Source: Anaeramoeba ignava BMAN
Taxonomy: Eukaryota; Protista; Anaeramoebae
Assembly: GCA_028826165.1 (NCBI GenBank)
Contig: JAPDFW010000067.1
Coordinates: 62,001 to 126,000 of the forward strand
DNA length: 64,000 nucleotides
Direction of reading: 5' to 3'
Shown here one piece after another: positions 29,901 through 42,724 of the stretch. Position numbers and translations under genes: made by a program. The notes beneath the pieces are model-generated. The model did not search any database. It saw only the letters and a program-made list of their open reading frames with translations, and had not been told where the DNA came from. Each line of letters opens with the position of its first letter. Position 1 is the stretch's first letter.

Positions 29901-31177
29901 ATATATATTAAATATATTATTTTATATTAAATATATTATTTTATATTAAAATATATTTAAATATATATTATTTTATATTAAAATATATTATTTATATTAA
30001 AATGTTAATATAATATATTTTTTTATTTGAAATATTATTTTTATATTAAATATTTTTATATTATATTATATATTATTTATTTATATTAAATATATTATTT
30101 TATTTTAATTATATATTATTTTTATATTAAAATATATTATTTTATATTATATTATATTATTTTATATTAAATATATTATTTTATATTAAATATATTATTT
30201 TATATTAAACATATTTAAAATATGTTATTTTATATTAAAAATATATTGTTTTATATTAAAATGCATTGTTTATGTTATTTTTTATATTATTTTATGTTAT
30301 TTATTTATGCATTATTTATTCATGCATTTTACATTATTTTATGTTAAATATATTATTTATATTAAATTATATTATTTATATATTTATATTTATGTTTATT
30401 TACATTATTTGCTCATTAAATATATTATTTATATTGTATATTAATTGTTTTTGTATTTTTATATTATATTTATATTATTATACATTATTATTTTATATTA
30501 TATTATATTAAATTATATTATTAATTATATATATTTATATTTATATTAAAATATGATATTAAATATATTATTTATATTAAATATATTAATTATATTAATC
30601 AAAATATATTATTTATATTAAAAATATATTATTTTATATTAAATATATTGTTTATATTAAATATATTATTTATATTATTTATATTATTTATATTTATTTA
30701 TATTAAATATTTTATTTTATATTAAATATTTTATTTATATTAAATATATATTGTTTATATTAAATATATTATTTATATTATTTATATTATTTATATTATT
30801 TATATTAAATATATTATTTATATTAAATATATTATTTATATTATTTATATTAAATATTTTATTTATATTAAATATATTAAATATATTATTTATATTAAAT
30901 ATATTAAATATATTATTTATATTATTTATATTATTTATATTATTTATATTAAATATATTATTTATATTAAATATATTATTTATATTATTTATATTATTTA
31001 TATTATTTATATTAAATATATTATTTATATTAATAATTAAAATCTCTCTCTAATTGTATTTACAACATCATCAAGTTCTATTCCAAACTCAAAACAAAAA
31101 TCTGCAAATTCTTCTTGAGTAAAAGTTTTTCCAAGTTCTTTAAAAAGTGAATCTCGAGTAACAGAAACAACTGGCAT
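23914..31177 (-). CDS. FARSB: Phenylalanyl-tRNA synthetase beta subunit, 593 aa. Exons 31177-31064, 28155-28094, 28014-27888, 27826-27318, 25118-24593, 24513-24328, 24259-24160, 24071-23914
   Basis: MPVVSVTRD...[81 protein letters not shown]; all introns GT-AG; exon sum 1782 nt in frame. Confidence 0.95.
25140..27310. repeat. ~12-bp satellite filling PheRS-beta intron 4 (2199 bp), with ~824-bp higher-order duplication
   Basis: Unit AAATAAATTTT(T/G/A); rare variants recur at 25,541/26,366 and 25,978/26,801. Confidence 0.9.
28170..31035. repeat. AT satellite (AAATATATT/ATTTATATT 9-mers) filling PheRS-beta intron 1 (2908 bp)
   Basis: Bounded by GT at 31,063 and AG at 28,156 on the minus strand. 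Confidence 0.9.
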
Positions 31178-31598
31178 TTTATTTTTAATTAAATTTTAAT
31201 TTTAAATTTATAATTAAATTTATAAAATTTATTTGAAATAATTTTGAATTTGAATTAGAATTTGAATTTGAAAATTTAGGGAAAAATGAAAAATGAAAAA
31301 TGAAAAAAAATTTTGTTTTGATTTTTTTTAAATGACGAAAAAATTATTAATTTTTCATAATTAAAAATAATTTAGAAAAAAATTAGTAAAAATAGAAAAA
31401 AAATTAATAATAATTATAAAAAAATTAGTAATAAAATGTTTATTTGTTGTTTTTAAATTTAAAATTAAATGATCTTATTTTATTTTATTTTATAAATAAA
31501 ATTAAAATTTAAATTTAAATTAGGGGAGATTAAAATTAAATTAAAATTAATTTAAATAATAAATTAATAATAAATTTTTAAAAGAAATAATAGTTAAC

Positions 31599-31615
31599 TG
31601 ACGTCATTGACCAAT
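31599..31615. promoter_or_regulatory. TGACGTCA palindrome plus CCAAT box in the divergent FARSB/EF-1alpha promoter
   Basis: TGACGTCA at 31,599-31,606 and CCAAT at 31,611-31,615 in a ~90% AT intergenic region. Confidence 0.4.
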
Positions 31616-31922
31616 AAAATTTAATTCTATTAATATTTCTTTGATAATCTCTTATTAAAAATTAATTTATTTAAAGTAAAAAGTTAAATAAAAAAAATAA
31701 AAAAAAAAAAATTTTTTTTCTGTTGAGATTTAAATAAAAGATCAATTAACAAAAATTTTTCATTTTTCATTTTCGTATTAAAAACGAAAAGTAATTAATA
31801 ATTTAATTTAATAATTTTAAAAAAATTTTTTTTTCTTTTTATTAATATAATTTATTTATATTTTTAAATTAATAGTTTAAATATAGATAATAGAAGTTTG
31901 TTTTTAAACTCAAAAAAAAAAA

Positions 31923-33264
31923 ATGGGAAAAGAAAAACACATATTAATATTGTTGTTATTGGTCACGTTGATTCAGGAAAATCAACAACTACTGGACATT
32001 TAATTTACAAATGTGGAGGAATTGATAAAAGAACCATTGAGAAATATGAAAAAGAAGCACAAGATATTGGAAAAAGTTCATTCAAATATGCATGGGTTCT
32101 TGACAAATTGAAGGCAGAAAGAGAAAGAGGAATCACCATTGATATTTCACTTTGGAAATTTGAAACATCCAAATATTACTTCACAATCATTGATGCCCCT
32201 GGACATAGAGATTTTATCAAGAACATGATCACAGGAACATCACAAGCAGATGTTGCCATTTTGGTAGTTGATTCAACAAAGGGAGGATTTGAAGCCGGAA
32301 TCTCAAAAGACGGACAAACAAGAGAACATGCACTTTTAGCTTATACACTTGGTGTCAGACAAATGGTTGTTGTTGTTAACAAGATGGATGATAAATCAGT
32401 CAAATATTCTGAAGCTCGATTCAACGAAATCCAAAAAGAAGTTTCTTCATATATCAAAAGAGTCGGTTATGATATCAAGAAGGTTCCATTTGTTCCAGTC
32501 AGTGGATGGATGGGAGATAACATGATTGAAAAAAGCGCTAACTTGCCTTGGTGGAAAGGACCTACTCTTCTTGAAATTCTTGATTCAGTTGAACCTCCAA
32601 AACGCCCAACTGATAAACCTCTCAGACTTCCTCTTCAAGATATCTACAAGATTGGCGGTATTGGAACAGTCCCAGTCGGAAGAGTTGAAACTGGAATCAT
32701 GCGCCCTCAACAACTTGTTACTTTTGCTCCCTGCATGATCACAACTGAAGTCAAATCAATTGAAATGCATCACGAATCTCTTCCTGAAGCTCTTCCTGGT
32801 GATAATGTTGGTTTCAATATCAAAGGTGTTGCTGTTAAAGATTTGAGAAGAGGATATGTTTGTGGAGATGCTAAAAGTGATCCTCCAGCAGAAGTCTCAT
32901 CTTTCACTGCTCAAGTCATTGTTCTTCATCATCCTGGAAAAATCAAGGCTGGAGTTATCAACCTGTTCTTGATTGCCACACTGCTCATATTGCTTGCAAA
33001 TTCAATAAATTACTCAGTAAAATGGATAGACGTTCAGGAAAAGTTTTGGATGAAAATCCAGAAGAAATTAAGACTGGTGATGCTTCTATGGTTGAAATGA
33101 TTCCTTCTAAACCAATGTGTGTTGAAACTTATTCTAGTTATCCACCTCTTGGAAGATTTGCTGTCAGAGATATGCGTCAAACTGTTGCTGTTGGTGTTAT
33201 CAAAACAATCGAAAGAAAATCAGGAGAAGCCAAACTTACAAAAGCTGCTCAAAAGAAGAAATAA
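31923..33264 (+). CDS. EEF1A: Elongation factor 1-alpha, intronless; two apparent frameshifts (~31,937 and ~32,953)
   Basis: MGKEK(T)[68 protein letters not shown]. Confidence 0.97.
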
Positions 33265-33350
33265 ATTTTAAAAGAGTTTTTTCAACAAAAATAATTCTTT
33301 TTTTTTTCTATTTTCAAAATCTTTTTTTTTTTTCAACAAAGAATAAGAAC

Positions 33351-33381
<31 letters not shown>

Positions 33382-33515
33382 CACAAACAAAACCCATTCA
33401 ACTTAGCTACTCAAACTACAAATAATAAAACGATTTGGAAAATTTTTCAATAATTAAAAAAAATTTATTTTTTTCATTTTTTTCATTTTTTTTCATTTTT
33501 TTTTTAATAATAATA

Positions 33516-36500
33516 ATGAGTGAAAAAGAAAATGGAAATGATAAAGAGAAAGAAAATAAAAATCAAAATCAAAATTTGGGATTTGATGAATTAATTGATT
33601 TATCTAAAAAAATCCAAAAAAGAAAACAAAATCAAACTGAATCTGATCATAAGAATTTTTCTGTTAAAAATTATATCGAAACACCAAAAAGTAAAGTATC
33701 AATTAAAACAATCAAAAATATGTTTCAGTTTATCAACAAAGCGGAAAGACAACGGGTTTCACAAGAGAAACATTCACGAAGACAACAAGATTCATGTCAC
33801 AAGTGCAAAAAGCAATTTACACAAAAGTTTGTGCCGGATAAATGTCAGATTTGCAACTTGAGTTTCTGTCAGCAATGCATGAAACTTGTTTCAGGCGAGA
33901 ATTTAGGGTTCCATTCAAAGCTTCTTGTGTGTAATGAATGTGCAGATATTTTCAAGAACATGGAGCCACAACTCGAGGCAGGAAGGATGCAGATAAGTGA
34001 TTCGCAATCAAGTGTATCTTTAGTTGGGCAGAAGGTTGTTGATGAAGGTATTGAGCAGGAAGTTATTGAAGAAACGAGAAAGCAGAAAGGGGTTTCACGA
34101 GACAAGGATTGTTTTGGTGCTCTTAGTAAGAATGCATGGAATCGGAGGTGGGGAGATAATGTGAAGAATTCTGATGTTGTTGGTGTTGGACAAGAGGAGG
34201 ATTTTAGTGGAATTGAGACTATTGTGACTGATCGGTATCAGTATTTCTCACCTACGTCATTTGCTATTGAGATTGAAAGGAATTATATGAAATGATATTT
34301 ATCAAAAAAGAATGATATTTATTTTCAAAAATATATTTATTTGATATTTATTTTCAAAAATATATTTATTTGATATTTATTTGATATTTATTTAATTATT
34401 AATATTTATTTAATATTTATTTAAATGTATTTTCCTCAAAAGGTTTAATAAAAATGCCAAACGATTCCGAGAATGAAAATTCAAATGAAAATCAAAATGA
34501 AAATTCAAATGAAAACTCAAATGAAAATTCAAATGAAAATGAAAATTCAAATGAAAATGAAAATGAAAATCAAAATGAAAATTCAAAAGAAAATGAAAAT
34601 CAAAATGAAAATGCAAATGAAAATCAAAATGAAAATTCAAATTTAAAACAAAATCTAAATCAAAATCAAAATGAAAATTCAAATGAAAATCAAAATCAAA
34701 ATCAAAATGAAAATTCAAATGAAAATCAAAATCAAAATCAAAATCAAAATCTAAATCAAAATCGAAATCAAATTCAAAATCAAAATCAAAATAAAATCAA
34801 AAATCAAAACAAAACTAAAGAAAAAGAACAAAAAACAATTCTGGAAAAAATGCACAAAAAACATCTACACGATGTGGAATATGCACATCTAGTTGCAGTG
34901 ATCCGACAAGCATTAAAAGAACAAAACTTTGATCCTGAAAAATGGACGCACAAAATCATGAAATTAGCGGAATGCACATGCGATTCACTAGAAAATTTCC
35001 TTGTAGATAAAGAAGAGCGTGAGAAAATGGGGATGAAGATAAGCGGAAGGAAGAGCGGAGATGATAGCATGAAGGGAGGAGGCGGAGACGAAACAAAATA
35101 CGCGATGCCATTGAACATTTTGCAATGCATCAAGATCAAGAAAATCGCAGGAAAAGATCCCGAAGCATCAAGCTTTGTGAAAGGGATTGCATTCTCACGA
35201 AACGTGCTTCATCGGAGCATGCAGACGGTATTTGAGGATGCGAAGATATTATTTGTAGATGGAAACATTGATTTTTACAACTCACAATTCCACGCAAAAC
35301 GGAAGAAGAAAAAGGAGCAGAACCAGATGCGTATATACTCTCTGGAGCATGTGCTGCAGAACGAGCAGAAGTTGCTAAGACCATTTTTGGATCGTGTCGG
35401 TAGTCTGGATCCTCATGTTCTGTTTGTGACTGGAGTTGTGTCTCGATTCGCTCAGGAAATACTTCTTGAGAAAAAAATCACTGTTGTCTGCAACGTCAAG
35501 AAGGAGGCAATGCAGCAAATTGCGCAAATGACTGGCGGCGATATTTGCAGTCAATACAACCGCCATGCAAAGGCACCTGTTCTGGGTGTTTGCGAGAATT
35601 TCAGCGCAACCATTTATGATTTAGATGATCATGAAACAGCCAATGAAAACAACATAACAAATCTCAGTACAAAAAACTCCATCAGTAATCCCAACTTCTC
35701 TTTTCGAGGAATACTCGTTTGATTCCGATTGGGTGGATCCGCAAGCGCCCAATAAAAAATCTATTATCGCAATCACAACCAAAAATGCGATGACAAGTTT
35801 CGTCACAATTCTTCTTCGCGGAGATTCTTTTATGCGATTGTCTCAGCTCAAAAAGCTGCTTAAACTCGCAATATTCGGGCTGTGGAATTCGCGGCTCGAG
35901 ACAAAGGCGCTGCTGGATATGAGGCGCCATTTTTTCATCCGCAGCAACCTGCAAATAGCAGCATGTCTGTTCTCATTGAATCCCCTGGAAATCTTCTTTC
36001 CATATCTCCTCATATGGATTTTGTGTCTCATACTCCTCGGTTCCAAAAACCTCTTGAGGAGAGCGATCGTGCTGAAACAGATAGTGAGATTGAGTTTGGC
36101 AATGATTTTGGAGATGAAGATGAGCAGAATGATAATGTTGCTGATAAGGATGATGCTCTTGATCAAGATATGAAGCAAGAAAGTGATTTGGAGGTGAATG
36201 AGATTGAGATTGAGAATCGAGAGCAAGAGTTAATTGCTGAAAAGGAGAAGGAGTTACTTGAGCAACGGGAGCAAGAAGAGCAGAGTATCAAAGAAAAACA
36301 AGAAATAAATGAAGATACAAATGAAGATATTAAAGAAAATCCAAATGAAGATCCAAATGAAAATATTAAAGAAAATCAAGAAATAAATATAAATGAAAAT
36401 CAAAATATAAATGAAGATATTAAAGAAGATATTAAAGAAGATATTAAAGAAAATGAAAATATAAATGAAAATCAAAATATAAATGAAGATATTAAAGAAG

Positions 36501-39500
36501 ATATTAAAGAAGATATTAAAGAAAATCAAAATACAAATGAAGATATTAAAGAAGATATTAAAGAAGATATTAAAGAAAATCAAAATACAAAAGAAGATAT
36601 TAAAGAAGATATTAAAGAAGATATTAAAGAAAATGAAAATATTAATGAAAATCAAAATATAAATGAAAATACAAATATAAATGAAAATACAAATATAAAT
36701 GAAAAATAAACAAATATAAATGAAGATATTAAAGAAGATATTAAAGAAAAATGAAAATATAAATGAAAATCAAATTATAAATGAAAATACAAATATTAAA
36801 GAAAATGAAAATATAAATGAAAATGAAAATATTAATGAAATTAAAGAAAATATAAATCAAAATATAAATGATATAAATCAAAATCAAGAAATAAAAGAAA
36901 ATGAAAATATATATGAAAACAAAGATATAAAAGAAGATAAGAATCAACAAAAACATCCAAAAACATCCAAACAACACTACCAATCACAAATACTCGAAAT
37001 AGAAACACGCAAAAAATTCAAAACACCCAAATATCGCAAACAACACGTATACTCTCTTCTGGATCTTGTTGTTGTCGAAGCACGCTCTCGGAAATATCAT
37101 TTCAAGGAAACAGAGCTCAAAATGCGATCCCTAAAACTATACCGAAAAGGGGATACAACACTAGGGGAATTCCTGATGAACGAATGCTTCTCAAAAGATC
37201 AAGAAAAAAAACTGAACATAATTCATCGGGAAAGCACAACAAAAAACGCAGAAGACAAGAGCAAACATGGGATGGCATTTCTTGCGTATCTCCACAATCA
37301 AGGATGCGTGGCGATCTCCATCCAGCTCCAGAGCGCACAGACAACGATCGACGGAAGCGACGAAGGGATCCAAACATGGACAAGTTGCGGAGTGTGCCAC
37401 CAAACAACACGACCCAAACGATTAGGACGAAAGGCACAACTACTCTCCTTCGCAAAATTTCTCGAGATTATATTCTACCAACAAAACGGCGTTGCCCGCG
37501 CAGAACATGCGCTCAAGCCGCTGTGTATGCATGCGCTTCATGCAAATTCAACGCGTTTTTTTGCGCACAAAAAAATGATTGCCTGCTTCGAATACAGTCG
37601 CATCGAGGCAATGAAGATTGAGCAACTCCCAAAGATGGTTCAATATCATGAATCAAAAGACACCTCCTTCCTGCGACAGATGATGAATCTTCTGCAGAGA
37701 ATAATCAACAACGCATTCGAACATATCCGCGTTCATCTTGATCAGCTCTGCGCATCTGTAAAAACCCACCAGCAAACACAGCACCAACAGCGCTCGCAGG
37801 ACAAGAAAATTGCGAATATGCTCGAGACGTTTCTGAGCGAGGGCTGGGAATCAAGCGCAAAAACAGATGAAGATGCAAAGAGATCAAGGATGAAATTTTG
37901 GATCTCGAAAAACCGCTCGATATTTTCGGTTTGAACAGAGTAAAACAGAACTTGTTCACAAAAATCCTCGATCACAGCGCAAGACTGACCCAGCTTGACG
38001 AGCGGTTGAGGGAGATTGGCAGGGGTGCAGGGAACAGACAAGAAACCCAGCAGCAAGAAAAACCGAAAGCATTCCAAATCAACTTCTCAATTTGATCGAG
38101 GACATAGTGAATCTTCACGAGCACAACACAGACAAAGACTTGGCGCATTGCGACTTGTCACGAGATTTACAGAGCATCACACGCAAACGCAGAGTGGGAT
38201 GCGTGCGGAAAAATCTGCGAGATACATGGGTACTTTTACCGCCAACCGGAGGCGATTTCTCCCACGAAAGAAACCTTTCCGGAGGAGCACAAACTCCTCG
38301 AGGGTTTCGGCAACGAATCAGGACAATCACGGCGGTTATTCGGGATTGACGGGGTTGAGACAACGGAGAAAACAGGAAGAAGGATCACATCCATCATCAT
38401 CGCGCATTTCAAAAACCTCGCAGATCATTTCCAACGGGAATCGCGTTCATGGGGTCTTTGTTCCAACAGGCATTCTCCGCCGCGTTGTTTGCGTCTGAAG
38501 ACGAGCCCAGCTCAATCATTGCTCACTCACTCAACTCAAAGATTACATCGAAGCTCCACGCGCTCGGCGATCCCCAGATCAATCTACGCGAGCCCAACGA
38601 TCCCCGCGTTCTCGAAAAGCATTCTCCAAAGCAAAAAACGCAAAGCCAATCACCATCCAAATCGCGTATCCTGAGATCCACAGCAAAATTGAATGCACAC
38701 TTTTCTATCCCAAGAAATTCGAGGCTCTGCGTCGTTTCTGTTGTATCGATCCCTACGCCTCTGACACCCTCTTTTTCCAGTCAATCTCAAGATGCAGACG
38801 CTGGGAAAGCAAGGGAGGCAAATCAGGCTCCACTTTTGCCAAAACCTTTGATGACCACTTCATCATCAAAAAAATATCCAAAACAGAATTCGAATCCTTC
38901 AATTTATGCGCTCCTTTCTACTTCCGTTATATCTCAAACAACTTATTCCACAACCACCCCTCGGCGCTCATCAAAATCCTCGGTTTATTCCGCATCACAA
39001 TCACAACTCAAACCAATCGTGTTTCAAGTCAAGCTCTTGTTTTAATGGAAAATTTATTTTATGGCCGCGAAATCTCCAAAATATTCGATCTCAAAGGATC
39101 AACACGAAGCCGCTATGTTGATGTTCCTCATGCGCATATACTCTCCTCCAAAAACTTCCTGCACAACATCTCTCCCACTCCCCACTACAATCAACTCCCC
39201 AGTTCTTTCAGAGCAACGCAAATCATCCTCCAAGCTCCGTCCTATTCTCAACGAAAATACTCCCACACAGCCTGCAAATACAGAGATCCTCCCAGAAAAC
39301 ATCCCTTCAAACAAGCACTCTCTTCATCTCGAAAACCCCACACAGACCCAGTTTGTTCTCCCAGGACGAGAATCTCAAGGACTTTATTTACGGAACTCCC
39401 TTTTTGTGATGAAAAATCAAATCCGAAATCATGAACGCCATTTATAAAGACTCGTATTTTCTTTATCTTATGAAAGTCATGGATTATTCCCTGCTTGTTG

Positions 39501-39757
39501 GTATCGACGACAAAAATCATCAGATCATCATCGTTGTTATTGATTATTTGAGGCAGTACACTTGGGACAAGCAACTTGAATCTTGGGTCAAGCGTACTGG
39601 GCTTGTTGGTGGTGGTCAAAAGGCAAAACCCCAACTGTTATTTTCTCCAGAAGACTATAAAAATAGATTCCAAAAATATATCCAGAAATATTTCCAAATT
39701 CTTCCTACAAAATTTACTGTTTTTGATCCTTCTGAAAAATTTGAAAGAAAAAAATAG
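33516..39757 (+). CDS. FAB1: PI(3)P 5-kinase Fab1/PIKfyve (FYVE-like, CCT-like, Cys-rich and PIPK domains); probable intron ~34,294-34,442 and several frameshifts
   Basis: IKIKKIAG...VKGIAFSRNV, LSFAKFLE, EDEPSSIIAHSLNS, GGKSGSTFAKT (alternative frame), MENLFYG...FDLKGS, VMDYSLLVG, IDYLRQYTWDKQLESWVK. Confidence 0.9.
34470..34810 (+). repeat. Coding NE/NQ hexamer repeat in Fab1
   Basis: (GAAAAT/CAAAAT)n visible. Confidence 0.85.
36300..36940 (+). repeat. Coding EDIK/ENIN repeat in Fab1
   Basis: GAAGATATTAAA 12-mers visible. Confidence 0.85.
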
Positions 39758-39929
39758 ATTGGTTATTTTCTTCTTTTTAAAATTTTTCTTTTTCCATTTT
39801 TTGATTTTTGGTTTTCTTTTTCCATTTTTTTGAGTGAATCAAAATCATAAAAATTTTATTTAAAAAAGAATGTGATTTTTATTTCTTAATTTTTCAAAAA
39901 AAAAAGCAAAGAACAAAAAAGAAAATTAA

Positions 39930-40670
39930 GAAAATTAATTTTATCAATAATTTTATCATTAATTTTATCAATAATTTTGTAATTAATTTTATATTTAATT
40001 TTGTAAATAATTTTGTAATTAATTTTGTAATTAATTTTATATTTAATTTTATAATTAATTTTGTATTTCATTTTTGTATTTCATTTTTGTATTTAATTTT
40101 ATAAATAATTTTATCATTAATTTTGTAAATAATTTTATATTTAATTTTATATTTAATTTTATAAATAATTTTATAAATAATTTTATAAATAATTTTATAA
40201 ATAATTTTATATTTAATTTTATATTTAATTTTATCATTCATTTTATAAATAATTTTGTAAATAATTTTATATTTAATTTTATAAATAATTTTATATTGAA
40301 TTTTATATTTAATTTTATATTTAATTTTATATTTAATTTTATATTTAATTTTATAATTAATTTTATAATTAATTTTGTAAAGAATTTTATATTTAATTTT
40401 ATAAATAATTTTATATTTAATTTTATAATTAATTTTATAAATAATTTTATAATTAATTTTATATTTAATTTTATAAATAATTTTATATTTAATTTTGTAT
40501 TTAATTTTGTAATTAATTTTATATTTAATTTTATAAATAATTTTATATTTAATTTTATATTTAATTTTGTATTTAATTTTATATTTAATTTTATATTTAA
40601 TTTTATATTTAATTTTATATTTAATTGTTGAATTTCATTTTTGTATTTCATTTTTGTATTTAATTTTTGT
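39930..40670. repeat. Intergenic 12-bp satellite (ATTTAATTTTAT/AAATAATTTTAT) between convergent FAB1 and RPB9
   Basis: Visible tandem repeat. Confidence 0.9.
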
Positions 40671-40674
40671 AATT

Positions 40675-41022
40675 CTAATTATGATCATGAATTAATTTTT
40701 TTCCACATCCAACACATCTAAATTCTAATTCCATTGTTTCTTCTCCTTTACGATTTGGAACTTGAAAAAAAACAGCTTCTGTTTGTTGACAACTATCACA
40801 TTCCCTATCTGTTCTTGGAAGAGTTGGATCACTTCCATAATCTAAATGAAGATCTGTTTCTTCTAATTGATATGTTTTAATGTGATTTACATAAATTCTT
40901 GCATTTTCTGAATATTCTGAATGATGACAATTATCACAAACATATCTTAGTTTTTTTTCTTTTCGATCTTCTGCTGGTCGAAGCATATTATTACATTCTG
41001 GACAAAATTTAATTCCACTCAT
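40675..41022 (-). CDS. RPB9: RNA polymerase II subunit RPB9
   Basis: FCPECNNML...CDNC and DPTLPRT...CDSC...AVFFQ...C..C zinc ribbons. Confidence 0.93.
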   Translation of the reverse strand: MSGIKFCPECNNMLRPAEDRKEKKLRYVCDNCHHSEYSENARIYVNHIKTYQLEETDLHLDYGSDPTLPRTDRECDSCQQTEAVFFQVPNRKGEETMELEFRCVGCGKKLIHDHN

Positions 41023-41189
41023 TTTATTGAAAAATAAAAAATAAAAAAATAAAAAATGAAAAAATAAAAAATGAAAAAATGAATTTTTTTTTCAAATTAA
41101 TTTTTTTTGTTCATTTAATTAAATTAAACCAATTCCCTTTTTTTTAATTTCTTTTTAATATTTTTCGATTTAATCCAATTAAATCAATT

Positions 41190-42720
41190 AAATTCTTTTA
41201 TAAATTCTTTTATAATTTCTGTTATAAATTATTTTATAAATTCTGTTATAAATTATTTTATAAATTCTGTTATAAATTATTTTATAAATTCTGTTATAAA
41301 TTCTGTTTTAAATTCTGTTATAAATTCTGTTATAATTTCTTTTATAAATTATTTTATAATTTCTTTTATAAATTCTGTTATAAATTATTTTATAAATTCT
41401 GTTATAAATTATTTTATAAATTCTGTTATAAATTATTTTATAAATTATTTTATAAATTCTATTTATAAATTATTTTATAAATTATTTTATAAATTCTGTT
41501 ATAAATTATTTTATAAATTCTGTTATAATTTATTTTATAATTTCTTTTTATAAATTATTTTATAATTTCTTTTATAAATTATTTTATAATTTCTTTTATA
41601 AATTATTTTATAATTTCTTTTATAAATTATTTTATAAATTCTGTTATAAATTCTTTTATAAATTCTTTTATAAATTCTTTTATAAATTATTTTATAAATT
41701 TATTTTATAAATTTATTTTATAAATTCTTTTATAATTTCTGTTATAAATTATTTTATAAATTCTGTTATAATTTATTTTATAATTTATTTTATAAATTAT
41801 TTTATAATTTCTGTTATAAATTCTGTTATAAATTCTTTTATAAATTCTTTTTATAATTTATTTTATAAATTCTTTTATAAATTCTGTTATAAATTATTTT
41901 TAAATTCTTTTTTAAATCTTTTATAATTTCTTTTATAATTTCTTTTATAAATTCTTTTATAATTTCTTTTTAAATTATTTTTAAATTATTTTTATAATTT
42001 CTTTTTATAAATTATTTTATAATTTCTTTTTAATTTATTTTATAAATTCTTTTTATAAATTATTTTATAAATTCTGTTATAAATTCTGTTATAAATTATT
42101 TTTATAAATTCTGTTATAAATTCTTTTTATAATTTCTTTTATAAATTCTTTTTATAATTTCTGTTATAAATTCTTTTATAAATTCTTTTATAAATTATTT
42201 TTATAAATTCTTTTATATTCTTTTTTATTTTATAATTTATTTTATAAATTCTGTTATAATTTCTTTTTTAATTTCTTTTATAAATTCTTTTTATAAATTC
42301 TTTTATAAATTCTTTTATAAATTCTTTTATAAATTCTTTTATAAATTCTTTTTATAATTTATTTTATAAATTATTTTATAAATTCTTTTATAATTTCTTT
42401 TATAAATTACTTTATAATTTCTTTTTATAAATTACTTTATAATTTCTTTTATAAATTCTTTTATAAATTCTGTTATAAATTATTTTATAATTTCTTTTAT
42501 AATTTATTTTATAAATTATTTTATAAATTCTGTTATAAATTCTGTTATAAATTATTTTATAATTTCTTTTATAATTTATTTTATAAATTATTTTATAAAT
42601 TCTGTTATAAATTCTGTTATAAATTCTGTTATAAATTCTGTTATAATTTCTGTTATAATTTCTGTTATAATTTCTTTTATAATTTCTTTTATAAATTCTT
42701 TCATAAATTCTTTTATAAAT
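41190..42720. repeat. Intergenic 12-bp satellite (TAAATTCTGTTA/TAAATTATTTTA/TAAATTCTTTTA)
   Basis: Visible tandem repeat. Confidence 0.9.
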
Positions 42721-42724
42721 TAAT

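Noticed and set aside
34800-39400. GC-richer Fab1 interior as laterally transferred DNA
   Set aside because: Fab1 is a eukaryote-specific gene and GC rises gradually inside other long exons too
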